A stretch of DNA of 64,000 nucleotides from NCBI GenBank assembly GCA_013265495.1, contig MU058669.1, forward strand, positions 1,249,880 to 1,313,879, in the 5' to 3' direction. The position numbers were made by a program, and so were the translations under genes. This document shows positions 36,401 through 49,400 of the stretch, piece by piece. This DNA is from Vicugna vicugna (Eukaryota). Within the stretch, counting starts at the first letter, position 1. Each line of letters opens with the position of its first letter. Below the pieces are notes generated by a model. It was given only the letters and a program-made list of their open reading frames with translations. It did no database searches and was not told where the DNA came from.

Positions 36401-39289
36401 GAAGCTGGGGGTTATTTAAAATGTACTTGATCTCCTAGAACTAATTTCCTGTATCTATACATGATGAATTAGTACAGAAGTTACAAAAATCCTCATAAAG
36501 GAATGGATCATTTCTCAAGCCAGAACATGACGTGATGACTTTTTAGTCTGTGACTTGCAGAGTTTTTCCATTTGAGTTTCAGTTCTCCCTTAAGATTATA
36601 GCACCAAGTAAAGCCAGTCATACCATTTCTCTGCCTAAAACACTCCAGCGGCGTCCCTTGGACACACATGCCTCCTGCCCCTCCTCTCCTTCCACCCTCT
36701 GCTCCTTTCTTCTTTCCTATGCATGGTAGCCTTCCTTTAGCTCCTTGCACAGACCATGCTCCCTCACATGTAGAGGCCTCCCCGCCGGACTTCCCCCAAT
36801 GGTCTTTCTGAGTAAGTGATCCCAGCTTGCAGATCCCAGCTTCCCAGCTGAGATGTGGCCCCCACTGGGGAGCATCTCCTCCTCCAGGTCTCCAGTTAGT
36901 GTTTAAGAGCCATTGTGAAGACTGTCATAGACCCCTGTTCTGCTGGGCTGGGTCTGCTCCCGTGTCCTGTGTGCCACAGAAGGCTGATCTGCAGGCTGTA
37001 CTTCAACAGGACCCTTGCCCTGCAGTCTCCAGCTTGGTTTCATCTAGCGGGAGGTGAGTGGGGAGGGAGGGAGAGGCTGGGCTGCTATGGGCTGTCCCTG
37101 TCTCTCTACACAAGGCTATAGCTTGTGTCAAGCAGCTCCCTCCACAAAGCTCCCTCCTTGGTTATCACCCTTTCTCTGGCCCCTCCAGACCTAGGGATCG
37201 TAAAAACACCCAGCTCTTCTAGCTTCAGGGTCCTGCACGGTGCCTGGTTGGGTTTCCTCTACTCATCCCTTTGGGAGATGTTCTCTCTACCACCCCAGAA
37301 TACATATGCCAGTTGTTTCTGCTGGACCAAACTGATACATTTGTTACTGATGTTTGTTAATTTCCTAGTTTCCTGTCTTATTTCTGTTCTTTCCCTTTCT
37401 ACCCTACCCTTCATCCATAGAGGAAGAGTAAATTCCGTGGGAGAATGGAGCTTTCTTGTTCTCTTTCGTATGTAAGACACTGCTAGAATTAGAATTACAC
37501 CTTGCAAATGGTACATACATTTTTTAATACATCAGATTTAAAACAAAATGTTGTGGATTTATTTATGTGTTATTATTTGCCCAGAAATAAAAATTTTGGA
37601 ATCTGAGCTTTGGTTTCATTTGGAAGGTGTAAAGACTATAATCAAATTGTCTTGTAACAAAGATCAAGAATTTAAGCCAAAGAAACAAGAACCGTGGGTG
37701 AGGGAAGGGATTTTTGTCATTGTTTACACGCCAGATTGGGGAGGAATAGAAGAAAATAGATACGAAAGGACCTTGGGAAGCAGGCACAGACTATTAGCTA
37801 AGGAAAGTGGTGAGAAGCAGCTGTGGGTGTGGTGTCAGGGAGCTGAGACAGCTGAGCTTTTGTCTTGATTTAACCCGACTTCTCAGTGGCGTTTATGAAC
37901 AAATTCATTGTCAGACTCATTATCTCAGTCTGCTATTTTTTTCCACAATAAAATGTCTTTAGGAGAGTTGAACTAATATTTTCTTAGTGATTTACTTAGT
38001 TTGCTAATGGAAGGTGTGTTTCAGTCTTTGGAGGACCAAAGACAGTTTTATCTTCTCTCTCCATTAGATCTTTGGTAAACTGACTTTTTCACAACATCCA
38101 CATTCAACAGAGTGTATTAGTCAAAAAACATCCAAGTTTCTCATTCTTCTAATGACTATAAGGAGGTAATGATGCAGTTATTTAAACTGTTTTGAGACTA
38201 AATAATTACATTACATACTTCTTGAGCTAAAGAGTGGGATATTGTTGTAAAACAGTAAATCATCATGTGGTTTTGTAAATGACTTCATTCGTTCACTTAT
38301 TCATTCATTCTGTAAATCTGATGGGCTTTGTGTGTTTGTGAATTCAGTGATGCCTGCTGCCCCATGGACTAGGCAGTCTGATATAAGTATCTTGCTTTTG
38401 GTCCATAAATCATCTACTGAATCTCTGGAGAAAATCTTGGGAAATGTATTTTTCAAAAGTTCCCCAGGAGATTTAATAGCCACTAATTGATCTCTGCAAA
38501 ATTCTGGCAATTCATGGACTAGAAAGCTGGGTTGGAGGTGAGGGGGAAACTTCTACCAGCGATCCTGGGTAAAATGCAGGACGAGTTATGTAACTACTGA
38601 GCTAATGTTGCCGGACCTTTTATAGGATCCACAAAGATCAAGGCAGGAATCCAGTCTGCTAAACCAAAGAATTAAGCCTGAAAGAATAGCTGCCCGGAGG
38701 TATACCAGGAACCTTGGCCTTGGGTTCCAGCAGGCAAACCAAGAGCAGGAGACCAGTCCCTACATCTGCAGCCAGTGGCTCTTTGGGAACGAGACCCCAC
38801 CCAGTCCTCGCCCGCTCAAGTGAAGACCCTCAGGGGGAAGGTGCCCACATTCTCACTTGCTCCGGACAGTCCTGGTTTATGTCTGTTGTCTCTGTGTCAT
38901 TACTAGTAGCACCTGCTTCCCTGTCAGAAATGCCCAGGCTTGGACAGTGTGTGAGATTGTCACTCTATTCAAGGCTGGCTTAGTGCAAGGGTGGGCAAGG
39001 AAAGAGAAGGCGTCCAACTGCTGAGAGACAGAGACAGAGAATCTGTCTTGGCCTTGTCTAGAGACCTAAAAATTAATTAAAATATATCCCCTTGAAATTT
39101 AAAAACTAGAGTTATGTCCTTAGCATGGGGGTCAAAAAATTGTTTATATGCATTGTATTTAAAATCTGAGGCATTTTTAACAAGAGAGAAAACCACTCAT
39201 AGTTTCTTTAACCAAATAATAATAATGTTAATACTGTCTTTTTTTCCCCCCTCTTCAGTCTTTTTTTCAGACAAGTTTATTTTTTCTTC

Positions 39290-39632
39290 AGTTTTGTAAT
39301 GGATCATATTTTACAAAATAACATTATGCACTGAATTTTCACTCAACATAATGAAGAGTTTTATTTACATGTTGTAAACTTTGCAAACAATATTTCGACT
39401 GCCTGTTTTTATTTTGACTGAGTGACTGTGATTTAAGCAAAACCCTATGTTGGACATTTAAGCTGTTACCAGTGTTTGCTCTCAGAACAGATATCATGAT
39501 GGACATTTTGAGTATAAATCTTCCTTGACATTCAGAATAGATTCTCCTAAGTGAAATTACTGGCTCAGAGGAAAAGGTCACTGTTAATTTCTTGATACAC
39601 GTTATTGCCAATTGGTGTATCAATTTTCATTC
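39290..39632 (-). mobile_element. Ancient L1 (L1MC/ME-like) 3' fragment
   Basis: TGTTGGACATTTAAGCTGTT, ATAGATTCTCCTAAGTGAAATTACTGG and TGTATCAATTTTCATTC. Confidence 0.6.
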
Positions 39633-40064
39633 TGTTTTCTTTTGGCAGGATTGGGCAGTCATTTATTGAAACATCTTTCTGCACAGGTTACAAATATCCA
39701 CAGCACTTTTGAATCACACACAGTTCCTTCATCACTGAGGGCTCTGCCCAGGAATTATCTATAAATAACTGGCAGGTTCAGGGCCATGAAACTGAGATGG
39801 GGCAAGGAGGTGGGGAAGAATCCACAGGAGCCACAGCCAGGAACCCCACAACTCAGCCGGCCAAGATATAAGAGGAATACTAAAGCTGTAAATAATTGCC
39901 ACTTAGCACCATTATCTATGTCCTGAGCTGCTCAGCACCCAGATTTCTGTTGGTAACAAGAGAGTTGAGGTGCTCTTTTACCTGCTGAAGAAAAGCCCTC
40001 AGACCATCCCTGATAGAAGAGAGAGAGCACCTGTAGCACAGCCCAAGGATCAGCCTTGGATTTT

Positions 40065-40387
40065 CCCTCCATTTTTAAAAAATTGAAGTGTAGTTGGTTT
40101 ACAATATTGTATTAGTCTCTGGAATACAGCATAGTGATTCAGTTATACATACAAATATATACATACTCTTTTTCATTTTCTTTTTCATTATAGGCTATTA
40201 TAAACTATTGAACATAGTTCCCTGTGCTATACAGAGGACCTTGTTGTTTATCTGTTCTGTACATCGTAGTTTGTATCAGCCAATCCCAGACTCCCAGTTT
40301 ATCCCCCCCTCCCTCATCCCTTTTCTCTCTGGTAACCATAAGTTTGTTTCCTATGCCTGTGACTCTCTGTTTTGTAAATAAGTTCAT
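40065..40387 (-). mobile_element. 5'-truncated L1 3' end
   Basis: ATTGAAGTGTAGTTGGTTTACAAT...GGTAACCATAAGTTTGTTTCCTATG. Candidate TSD TTGGATTTT at 40056-40064 and 40388-40396. Confidence 0.88.
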
Positions 40388-40787
40388 TTGGATTTTTAAG
40401 GACACAGATCCTGTGCAATGAATAAATATGCCCACTTTATTTGGGAGAATCCTGTGAGTTAAAGATATTTCTCAAGATGGATGTTCCACTGGAGAAACGG
40501 AAAAGCATTGGATATGAGGAGTAATAGATGGGGGTTTAAGTTTTGATTTTTCCAAAATAACCATCTCACATTGGATGAAGATGAGGAGGATGATAATGAT
40601 GATAATCATGTATTCAGTAGACATTTATCGTGTGCCTGTAATGCACCAGGCATTGTTCCTGACGCTGGGGATACATTAGTGAGCAAAGTGGACAGACGCT
40701 GCCCCGGTGGAGGTCGTTCACTTTCATCAGCATGTGATGGGAAGAAATACAATAATAAGTTACAGCATGTACTAGGTTAGAGGGCAA

Positions 40788-41209
40788 TAGGATGGTTAAT
40801 TTTATTTGTCAGCTTGGCTGGGCCACAGTGCCCAGATATTTGGTCAAACATTATTCTGGATGTTTCTATGCGCCTTTTTTTTTTTTTAAAGATGAGATGA
40901 ACATTTAAATGAGTGAGCTCTGAGTAAAGCAGGTTGCTCTCCATCATGTGGATTGTCCACATTAAGTCAATTGAAGGCCTTAAGAGAACAAACACTGACC
41001 TCCCTCGAAGGAGAAAGAATGGGGCCAACAGAAGGTCTTTGAACCTAAACTGCAATATCTGTGCTTTCGGGGTCTTGGGTCTGCAGCCTGCAGATTTGGG
41101 TCTTGTCTGTCTCCATAACTTTGTGAGTTAATTTCTTCATGTAAAACCTCTCTCTCCCGCTCTCTCGGTCTATCCCATTGGCTTTGCTTTGCCCGACAAC
41201 CCTAACACA
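40788..41209 (+). mobile_element. MLT2 (ERVL) solo LTR inserted in an L2 relic
   Basis: GATGGTTAATTTTATTTGTCAGCTTGGCTGGGCCACAGTGCCCAGATATTTGGTCAAACATTATTCTGGATGTTTCT...CCCTAACACA. Confidence 0.85.
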
Positions 41210-43929
41210 GGTGATAAGTATTATGACAAAGGGGGATTCAGAGTCTTTTGCTTTCCCCCTTGAATCTTCTTACCTCTTCCCCCTCCACTCTGATTCCTAA
41301 AATGTAGCTTTAAACTTGGGAATCTCTGCCTGCATTTTGATTTATAAGCAGTATGGGTGGTTTTAGTACACAGCTGGGATTGAGTTAATTTTTTTCAGAA
41401 TAATCTGTTTGGATTTTAATCCCCAAGGTTTAACTTCACAAGGAGATGATGATTCAGGTGCAGCAAATGACATTTTATTTCTTGTATCAACAGCTTTTAT
41501 GGCCTCTTTGGGCTGACAGATACACTAGAAGTTGTGTAGTTCAGTCGTGCTCAAACTTTAGTAATTAAAAAAAAAATCATGATGGTGAAGATATATAACC
41601 CCAGGCACCAGCCCCAGGATTCTGATATCTGGGCTTAGGGCCAGGAATCTGCAGCAGCCTTCACCAGCAGCCTGGGTGATTCAGTTGCAGATGAAAAGAA
41701 ACACACTCTGGGAAGCGCTGATCTAATTCAGATGTCTCAGCTGAGGCCAGAAGTGGGAAGTTGATGGCCTTAGGGTTACTGAGTGCACCAGGGAGCCTGG
41801 CCCAGGCCTGTTTTCTCCTTTCTCATCTCTGGCCTCTTAGGCTCTGCCAGTGTCTTCCCTCCGCTAGCAGCACCAGCCTCACCTGTAATCTTACAAGAAA
41901 AGCAAATTCTTAGGCCCAGATCTAAATTTTCTGATCTCCTTCAGAAACTCTAGACCCAAAAATCTGTGTTTTACAGTTTTAGCAGATGCACATTTCTTGG
42001 CAAGCTGTTGGCTTCAGTACGTGGGAGTCAAAAGGTAACCATGTGCCCCTTATGAGCGGAGTCAGGTGTTTCTGTGACTACGGGGCGTGGCCTCACCCCC
42101 TTGGCCAGGTGTTGCCCATCAGCATTACTGCACTTCTGTTTAACTGAAAGCCAGCAGCTGCGTTCTGTTTGGCCCGCCCTCTTCCAGCCAGTCCTCTCCG
42201 TGGCCTGGACGCCTGTTCCTCCATCTGTGCCCACAACGTGCTTCTGCCTTCAGTGCCAATGCCAGGGTGAGTCGCTTCTGATTGTTAGATATGAACGGTG
42301 CATCATTTGCTCAGGGGGGCAAGGACTTGGGTCAGAATGCAGCCTAACCTAAGAATTTCATAGTGTTCATAAACGGAGAGTGAGGCGCTTTGTCTGTAAG
42401 GACTCCGGGCTTGAAAATTCAAGCGTCAAAATTTCCTCCTGCGCTGTGTTTTCTGCTGTCAGTGGGCAGGGACCAGTTCAGTCCTTTTCTTCACTATAGG
42501 AAGGAGAGGGTGGGGAGGCAGAGCTTTGCTCATCCCGCCCGAACAGTTGCTTAATGATAATGAGCTGCGTTTATACCGTGCCTTTCATCCAGATAACTCC
42601 ACAGACGGAATTTGTGTTCACCATTGCTTAAAACATACTTCATAGAGTCCCAAGGGTTTATCTCTCTGGGCTCCGTAACCTCTGCATTTGTTGTGTTCCG
42701 TGGTCTCTGCTTACACAGCCTGCCAAGAAAGATGGGTCATGAGCGGCGGTGGTGTTGTAATTAAGGCTGCAGACTGACAGAAAGGAGATTTGATCTATTC
42801 TGACTTTCTGGTGTGTCGCTAGGTCCAGTTCACTGATGTGTTTGTGCGATTTTACATCTTTGTCAGGGGTTCTCCAGGGAGGAGTTGGGTTAGAGTTGGA
42901 GAGAGGTGCAGCTGAAGTACTAAAAAGCCCATCTGAATGCTTCAGACCCTTTGCAGGAGAGCAAGTGCTCTGTGGACTCACTCCTGTCTTGTAAGTCCAT
43001 GAGCAGGAATTGTCCCAGCCTGGGGGACTGGGAAAGGAAACCATGTTGAAGCATGTGAACCCTTGGAGTGAATCAGCAAGTCAGGAGAGGGTCTGTGGTC
43101 AGGAAGCACGTTGCCTCCAGGTCTCTGTTACCTAAGGGAGAGTGGTGGTTTGGGGAGTGATGGAATGGCTTTTTGTTGAGGCGTGGGAAGGGGTATAATT
43201 GGGAAGCCAGGTGTGAATAAGCAGGAAGCTGTGCCTTCAGCACGGGGTCCACGTTTGGTGCCAATTAGAATGACCTGTTGAGCAAACAAGAAGCCAAGGA
43301 GACTTTACCTGTGAGGTTGTAATATCTTTGCAAAAAAACTCAAATCCTGGAAACAAATATTAAAATTGTTTCATCTCTAGATGGTACATACAGAAGTATT
43401 TTTGTAATGTTTTATGCTTACCCTTAACTCCTTAAACGCTCGAAAATAAAACTAAGTCTTGGTGATTCCTTTTAAATCTACTGCATGAGATCCTCTTCCC
43501 TCCTACTGTGTGGCTCAGAGGCTCCTACTTTTTAAAACTGCTCTAGAAATTCTGATGAATGCCCTTAGATACATTTGGCACTCAGTCCATGGGAGACATC
43601 TAATTACAACTCTAAGTTGGGATTTATCTAGCAAGTATCCACCTCATTTCCACTCTATATTGTTTCAGGTCACCACAGACTCTCAGTTATTCAGGTCTGA
43701 TTCCTGACTTGGACTGATTCATAGAGTGGTGATGATTCTGGCTACATTTTCTGAGCATTTGCTGGGTAGCAGATCCGGGCCATACATTCATGGCATGGCT
43801 TTCTTTAATTCTCCCAATCATCTATTTGTGCTGGAGGAAACTGATGCTCAAAATAATTGAGGCTTAAAATTATTTGTTCCAGACCACCTAGTTAAAAAGT
43901 GATGAAGCCAACATTTGAACCCAAACTCC

Positions 43930-44053
43930 TAATCGATCCCTCTCCACCCTCAATTTTCCACCCTGATAACCACAGTTTGTTTTCTATGTCCATGAGTCTG
44001 TTTCTGGTGTGTAAATAAAATTTGTATCTTTTTTTTTTGATTGCACATATAAG
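43930..44053 (-). mobile_element. Short L1 3'UTR fragment inside a MIR
   Basis: GATAACCACAGTTTGTTTTCTATGTCCATGAGTCTGTTTCTG...CACATATAAG. Confidence 0.7.
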
Positions 44054-46007
44054 ACCCTGCACTTTTGATAACCATATATCAAGGCTTACTTATTTGAGAT
44101 ATCTTAATTATAGATAAAGAAATGAATCCAGAAAAGCAGATGAGAAAATTTCGAGGCCAGGCATGCTGTAGCCTCTCTGTGACTCCTCTTCCAGCTCTCG
44201 GTTCTTTTCCAGGTGCTTGATCTGTACAAATGTAGGCTGCTGACAGCTTGCCATGGTCAACCCTATCTCTAGTCTTGTCTTCTTAAAGAACCCAAGGGCT
44301 TCTCATCCACGTGTCCTGCTACTTTAATTCTCAGTCCCAGTGAGGAGAGCTGCTCTCTGTCTGCATTCTTCACCTCTAGCGCCTTCAATAAAACATGTGT
44401 TCCATTTGTCCTGACACAAACTTTCTCTTTGCAAGTATGTGATCAGGCTAGAGACTTAACGCTTTCTGAGCTGCCCAATTCACAGTAGAGAGTCTGAGTT
44501 ATAAAACTGATTGCTAGGTAGGGCTTCATTAAAAGGCAAGACAGCTGAAAAACTGGCAAGAAATCTGAGTCAGGAGTTGGTGTCTTGAAGTCTTTCTTTT
44601 TTTCTTTAACAGTATTCCCAAGAGATGGGATACACATGCCTGTGTGATCACAGATATTCTCAAATGGTGCTTAAAGGCTGCTCTCCTCTTTTGCGTGATG
44701 GATGGATTCCTTTTAAATCAAGAGCAAAGCTTTTCATTCCTTAGGGCTATTAAGAGACACACATTGGGATGTGAAATCCTTAGATTATAGCACACAACAA
44801 GCACACATTGAATAAGTAAATTAATTAATGAAGGCAGTATTTCCCAAGGATGAAATGACCTACCACAGGTATGCAAATAAATTGGGAGTAACTCATGGAC
44901 ACTTTCCAAACTTTAATAGTGATCTTTAATTGGTGTTAGAGCAGAATAGGTTAGCACATTAAGCTGTGCACTAGGATATGTATTTAAGTAAAAGTGAGTT
45001 ACCACATGAAAAATAATAGAATTGGATAAATATGGCATGTACACATGACTTACGGATGGAATTACATCTTCAGAAGCAGGTAAATTTTTGTAAGGTATAA
45101 ATTAAATCTGATAATCTGATGTGCAAATAGGGAAAACTGAGTACAAAGCTGGGGGACACTGAAATGAAGAGCGGTACACTGAAAAGTGTAAAGGATGCAA
45201 GAGGAAGCACCTGACACTGTGAATGTACAAAACACTGATTATTTCATGTTTCGTCCATAGGTTTATTCTCTCTTCTTTCTCTCTTGAGCTCTTATCGTCA
45301 TCTTGCCTAGGAGGTCCCCTTCCTTACCAGAGCTTAGAAGTGCTTCATGGCCATATTTGTTGAGAGAAATCCCATCCTAGCTTCTTACAGCTGAAGACAT
45401 AAAATTATTTATTTTTACCTCTGGGTGGGAGCCAGATGGGGAAGGAGGGATTCCAGGAAATCTGGGGGCATGATATTTTATCCAGTAAAAGTCATGAAGT
45501 GGTCGTGGAGGGCCAAGGGACAGGTATCATTTTGTAATGACCACCTAGTTTTATGAGATGTCTGGAAAGACCTGAGTAAATTAGTTCTTTCGGGACTGTT
45601 TGACTTCTTTGAAGAGGAGAGTATCTGAGGCTCAGAGATGAGCAGTGACATTAGTGAAGCAGTGCAGTGACACAGGCAAATCCCCCTTCCCATCAGTCGG
45701 GAAACTAATGGCAAATCCCATACACGCCATCTCAGAGTAGCCCAGGAGCCCATGGTGAGAGAGAAGGTGGTGGGGGACAGACACAAGCAGGAATGTTAAT
45801 AAATCTCTAACTGGCAGTTGAAGAAGCTGGATTATATAATCTCCAAGTATTGTTCAACTCCCTTTATTACTAAGACAGTAATTAAAAACATCTTTTTGAA
45901 TCAAGAACATTTTGAGCATCTAAGGGAAACTGAATTCTCTACCCAGAAAAAAAAAAAACACGTACAGAGATAACTTTGTGTTTAGAAGGATATTGCTTTC
46001 CCCTAAA

Positions 46008-46492
46008 TGTACAGTCAAGTCCCCCAAATGGTGGCCCCTGGGAGACAGGTCCATGTCCTAATTCTTGGAACCTATTAATATTACTTGGATAAGAGTATAT
46101 ATTGTATCATGTGCCAAAACATGTGATTAAGTTAAGGATTTGGGGAGGAGAATCGTGTATCTTGGGTTATCCGGGTGGGCCCTCAGTCCAATGAGAAGTG
46201 TTCTTGTAAGAGGGAAGCAGAGGGAGGTTTGACTGATGGAAGTAGAGGAAACCCTGTGAGCAGAGAGGCAGAGGTTGGTATGATGTGGTCACAAACCAAG
46301 AATGCCCATAGTCACCGGAGGCTCGAAGAGGTCAAGCATGGGTTACCCCCTGGAGCTTCCACAGGGAATGTGGCCATGCTAGAACCTTGATTTCATATTT
46401 CTGCCTCCAAGACTGTGAAAGAATACATTTCTGTTGCTTTAAGTTACCGAGCTTGTGGCAACTTGTTAGAGCAACTAAAGCAACCAAATAGA
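46008..46492 (+). mobile_element. MaLR solo LTR (MLT1C/D-like)
   Basis: GTGATTAAGTTAAGGAT...TATCCGGGTGGGCC...GAGGGAAGCAGAGGGAG...ACTGTGAAAGAATACATTTCTGTTGCTTTAAG. Confidence 0.82.
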
Positions 46493-49400
46493 TCTCCTAC
46501 TCCAGAAAGTAAACATGGGGCTCTTGAGAATCCATGCTACCAGGATTATGAAACAGGTGAGAGGAAGGTAACAGCCAAATTTTCAGTCACAGCCACAAAA
46601 ACTCCCTGTGCTTCAGATCTTCAGTTTAAATTTTTCCATATGCCTAGTTCCTTTCTAGCTACCCGGACTTAGTTTGTCATGTGAATGGGAAACTTACTAA
46701 AGATGACATCCTTAACTCACTTGGAAAGGATGAACACAAGAGTCAGGATGGATACATTCTGGTTTAACCTGGCTTCTTCAGTAGTTGTGAGAAATAGTTT
46801 TTAATTGATCATCAATGGTCTCTCTTTGCCAAGAGAGAATGTTCCTAAATTATCATGAATTTTAGAATCCCTAATTAAAATGAAGAGGGAAAAACAATAA
46901 TTAGATCCTGCCTCTATGAGATAAGAGTGAAGAAACCCCAATTCTGATGAACTGATCAATGGGGAGCACACACAACCTTTTTCTGCTGGATAGAACTTTA
47001 AGAAAAATTCGATGTAAGATCCAGCCCTTATCCAAAGATGTGTTGAAACTCAGTTTGAGCCCTTAGGTCACTGGTTCCCTAACTTGCATGTGTTCAAGGA
47101 CAGCCCAGGCAGCTTATCAAGATGCAGGTCCCAGGGCCATCGCCGGCCATCTAATGACTCAATCTTGGGAGAGCTGGCCCAGGAATCTGCCTTTTAAGCT
47201 AGCTCCTCAGTGAATTATTTTGCAAGTTGTTAATGTAGCATATTTTTAGGCTAGTCACCCTCAGCTTCTCTCCAGAGGGTTGTCTTCATGGGACCCAAAG
47301 AGGGATATTAAGACCCAAATGTAAGAAGTTACTGGTATTATACCCTCTGTTAGCCAGGCCGGTGAGAGAAAATGTTCGGATCACGGGACTATCATGTATT
47401 GGGATCAGACTGGGAGAAGAACAACTGGAGATTGGTGTAACCGTCTCTTTTGTCCAAGCTGGCATCCTGTCTTTTTTTGTTGAGTGTCTGTGGTTAATTT
47501 GATAAGCCCACGTGGAACTGTCAGGTAGATTGGAGTAAAGGTGAGGCTCCCTTTCCCATTATCTCCCGATTATTGTCTCCTTCTACTATTTTGTCTCTGT
47601 CTCACATCTAGTGTTTCTACATGCGCAACACTCCGACTTCATTCCAGATTGTTGGTAGAAAACTACTGAACCTAACCAGAGGTGGTTTCTGTTGAAAGTA
47701 GTATGTGTTAAAAAAAATATAAGGTGGCTTATGAGAATATTCAGGAGAGCCAGAAAGCCAAGCTTTGAGGCCATGAATCCAAAGTGATGTCTCAGACTGG
47801 TCTAAGGAATATCCACTGCACTTGCCACTTGGCAAAAAGTCCCTGCCCTCTGCAATGTCCAGCTTCTGATTAAGAGTCTGGGATAGGAACATTTGATTTG
47901 GCAAACCCAAGTCATGTGTCCATGCCCAAACTGAAAGGGCTAATTGGAAAATAAGGTCATGTGATATTTTCAGCATCTGCATTTGTAAGACAACCCTATC
48001 TTACATAGTAGGGAACTCCTCAAACATAGGAAAGAGGTTCAGATACTGGGTTCTCAAAAATTATTTTTTAATTCAAACTTCCTTTTTTTTTTTTTTTTAC
48101 TGCTTTTGCAGTTCTTAGCCATCCTTCCAGTGCCAACACAAATTTAGCCTACTGTAAAATTTCTAGGTGACTCAAACTGCATTGATCTCTCTCTTTTATG
48201 ATCTATCTCACTAATAGACTGAGTCACACAATATAAAATCTCATTATAAACCATTTTGGCCTGTTTGCCGATTGTCTCATGTGCATATGTCTGTTCTCCC
48301 CCAAATCAATCATCAGCAGCTCTAGAAAGACTTTATATTGACAACTTACACAGCTGGGTGTTAGGGAGCATGTGTGGTTCTGTTGGAGGTCATTTGCTAA
48401 TAATTGTTGATTGTATTCAATCAATATACACAGAAAAATATTCAGCAGTTGCCTGCAATCTGTGAGATGAATATCAGCGTAGCAAATAAAATAGAGTAGA
48501 GAGATCAGAAGCAAGCAGCATGGACTCAGTCATAAAGGAAATAAATTTGGAAGAGGACTTAGAATAATGTCACCTATTCTAGCTATGAGATCATTCTCAA
48601 AGTGAGTGGAAAATAATATTTACATAAGAGAAACATGCTTCTGGCCTAGTAGCAGACACCACCTGAAGTTTTTCCCAAGAATTTTCTTGTACACTGGGGT
48701 AGACACAGTTGGGACAGAATATACGTGGATACTTATTGAAAAGTTACTGCTCAGCTTGTTCTTCCAATGTGGTGATTGCACAGTGACAGTGTCTATCAGA
48801 TGAAATAATTAAGGAAATGTATCTTCACCTTCCTCTGTAGCATCCTCGGTGTTTTACCAGGGAATCGGGATCTCCTTTCCCATTTAAATTTGTCATTATA
48901 AAGGTACTTGATATTTAAGTAACCTTCGATTCCTTGATTGTCAACCTGTAGGAAAAGATGAGGTCACGCTAATTGTAAATGGAAAAATTAATTGAGATTT
49001 TCCTCAAGTGATCTGCCCTCTGGGAAAATCCATCTTAGCTACATCTACATCTTTTTCTCCTAACCAATCTACACAGAGGGTTTCCTTAATTACCCAGGAA
49101 GGTGTGCAAGGGTGCTCACAGGTATGTCCACACGGCAGAGCACCAAGCCAATGTGTTGGAGCCTCCCTGGTGCCATGGCTGCCCAACAGTGTGTGATAAA
49201 GTGAGGGGAAGGCCCCTCAGCCCTTGGCATCTCACCATTAGGTGGTCCTCAAAGCAGTGCTGCTTGGGCCTCCCAAGTTTCTTCTAAGAAACTAATTACA
49301 CACACAGTTCTTTCCTCTTTCAGAGTTTAATCAGGAAACTTCTTCCTGCCCCTTTTTCCTCCTTCATGCCCCATCTTCACATATCTGTGGTTCAGATTAA

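Noticed and set aside
39620..40076. ATTTTCATTCTGTTTT / ATTTTCCCTCCATTTT as the TSD of the candidate retrocopy
   Set aside because: Only 12/16 identical in T-rich DNA, and the right copy is better explained as the TSD and tail of the neighbouring L1 insertion.
40571..40780. Acidic ORF start MDEDEEDDNDDN
   Set aside because: It translates a (GAT/GAG)n simple repeat at an L2 tail.
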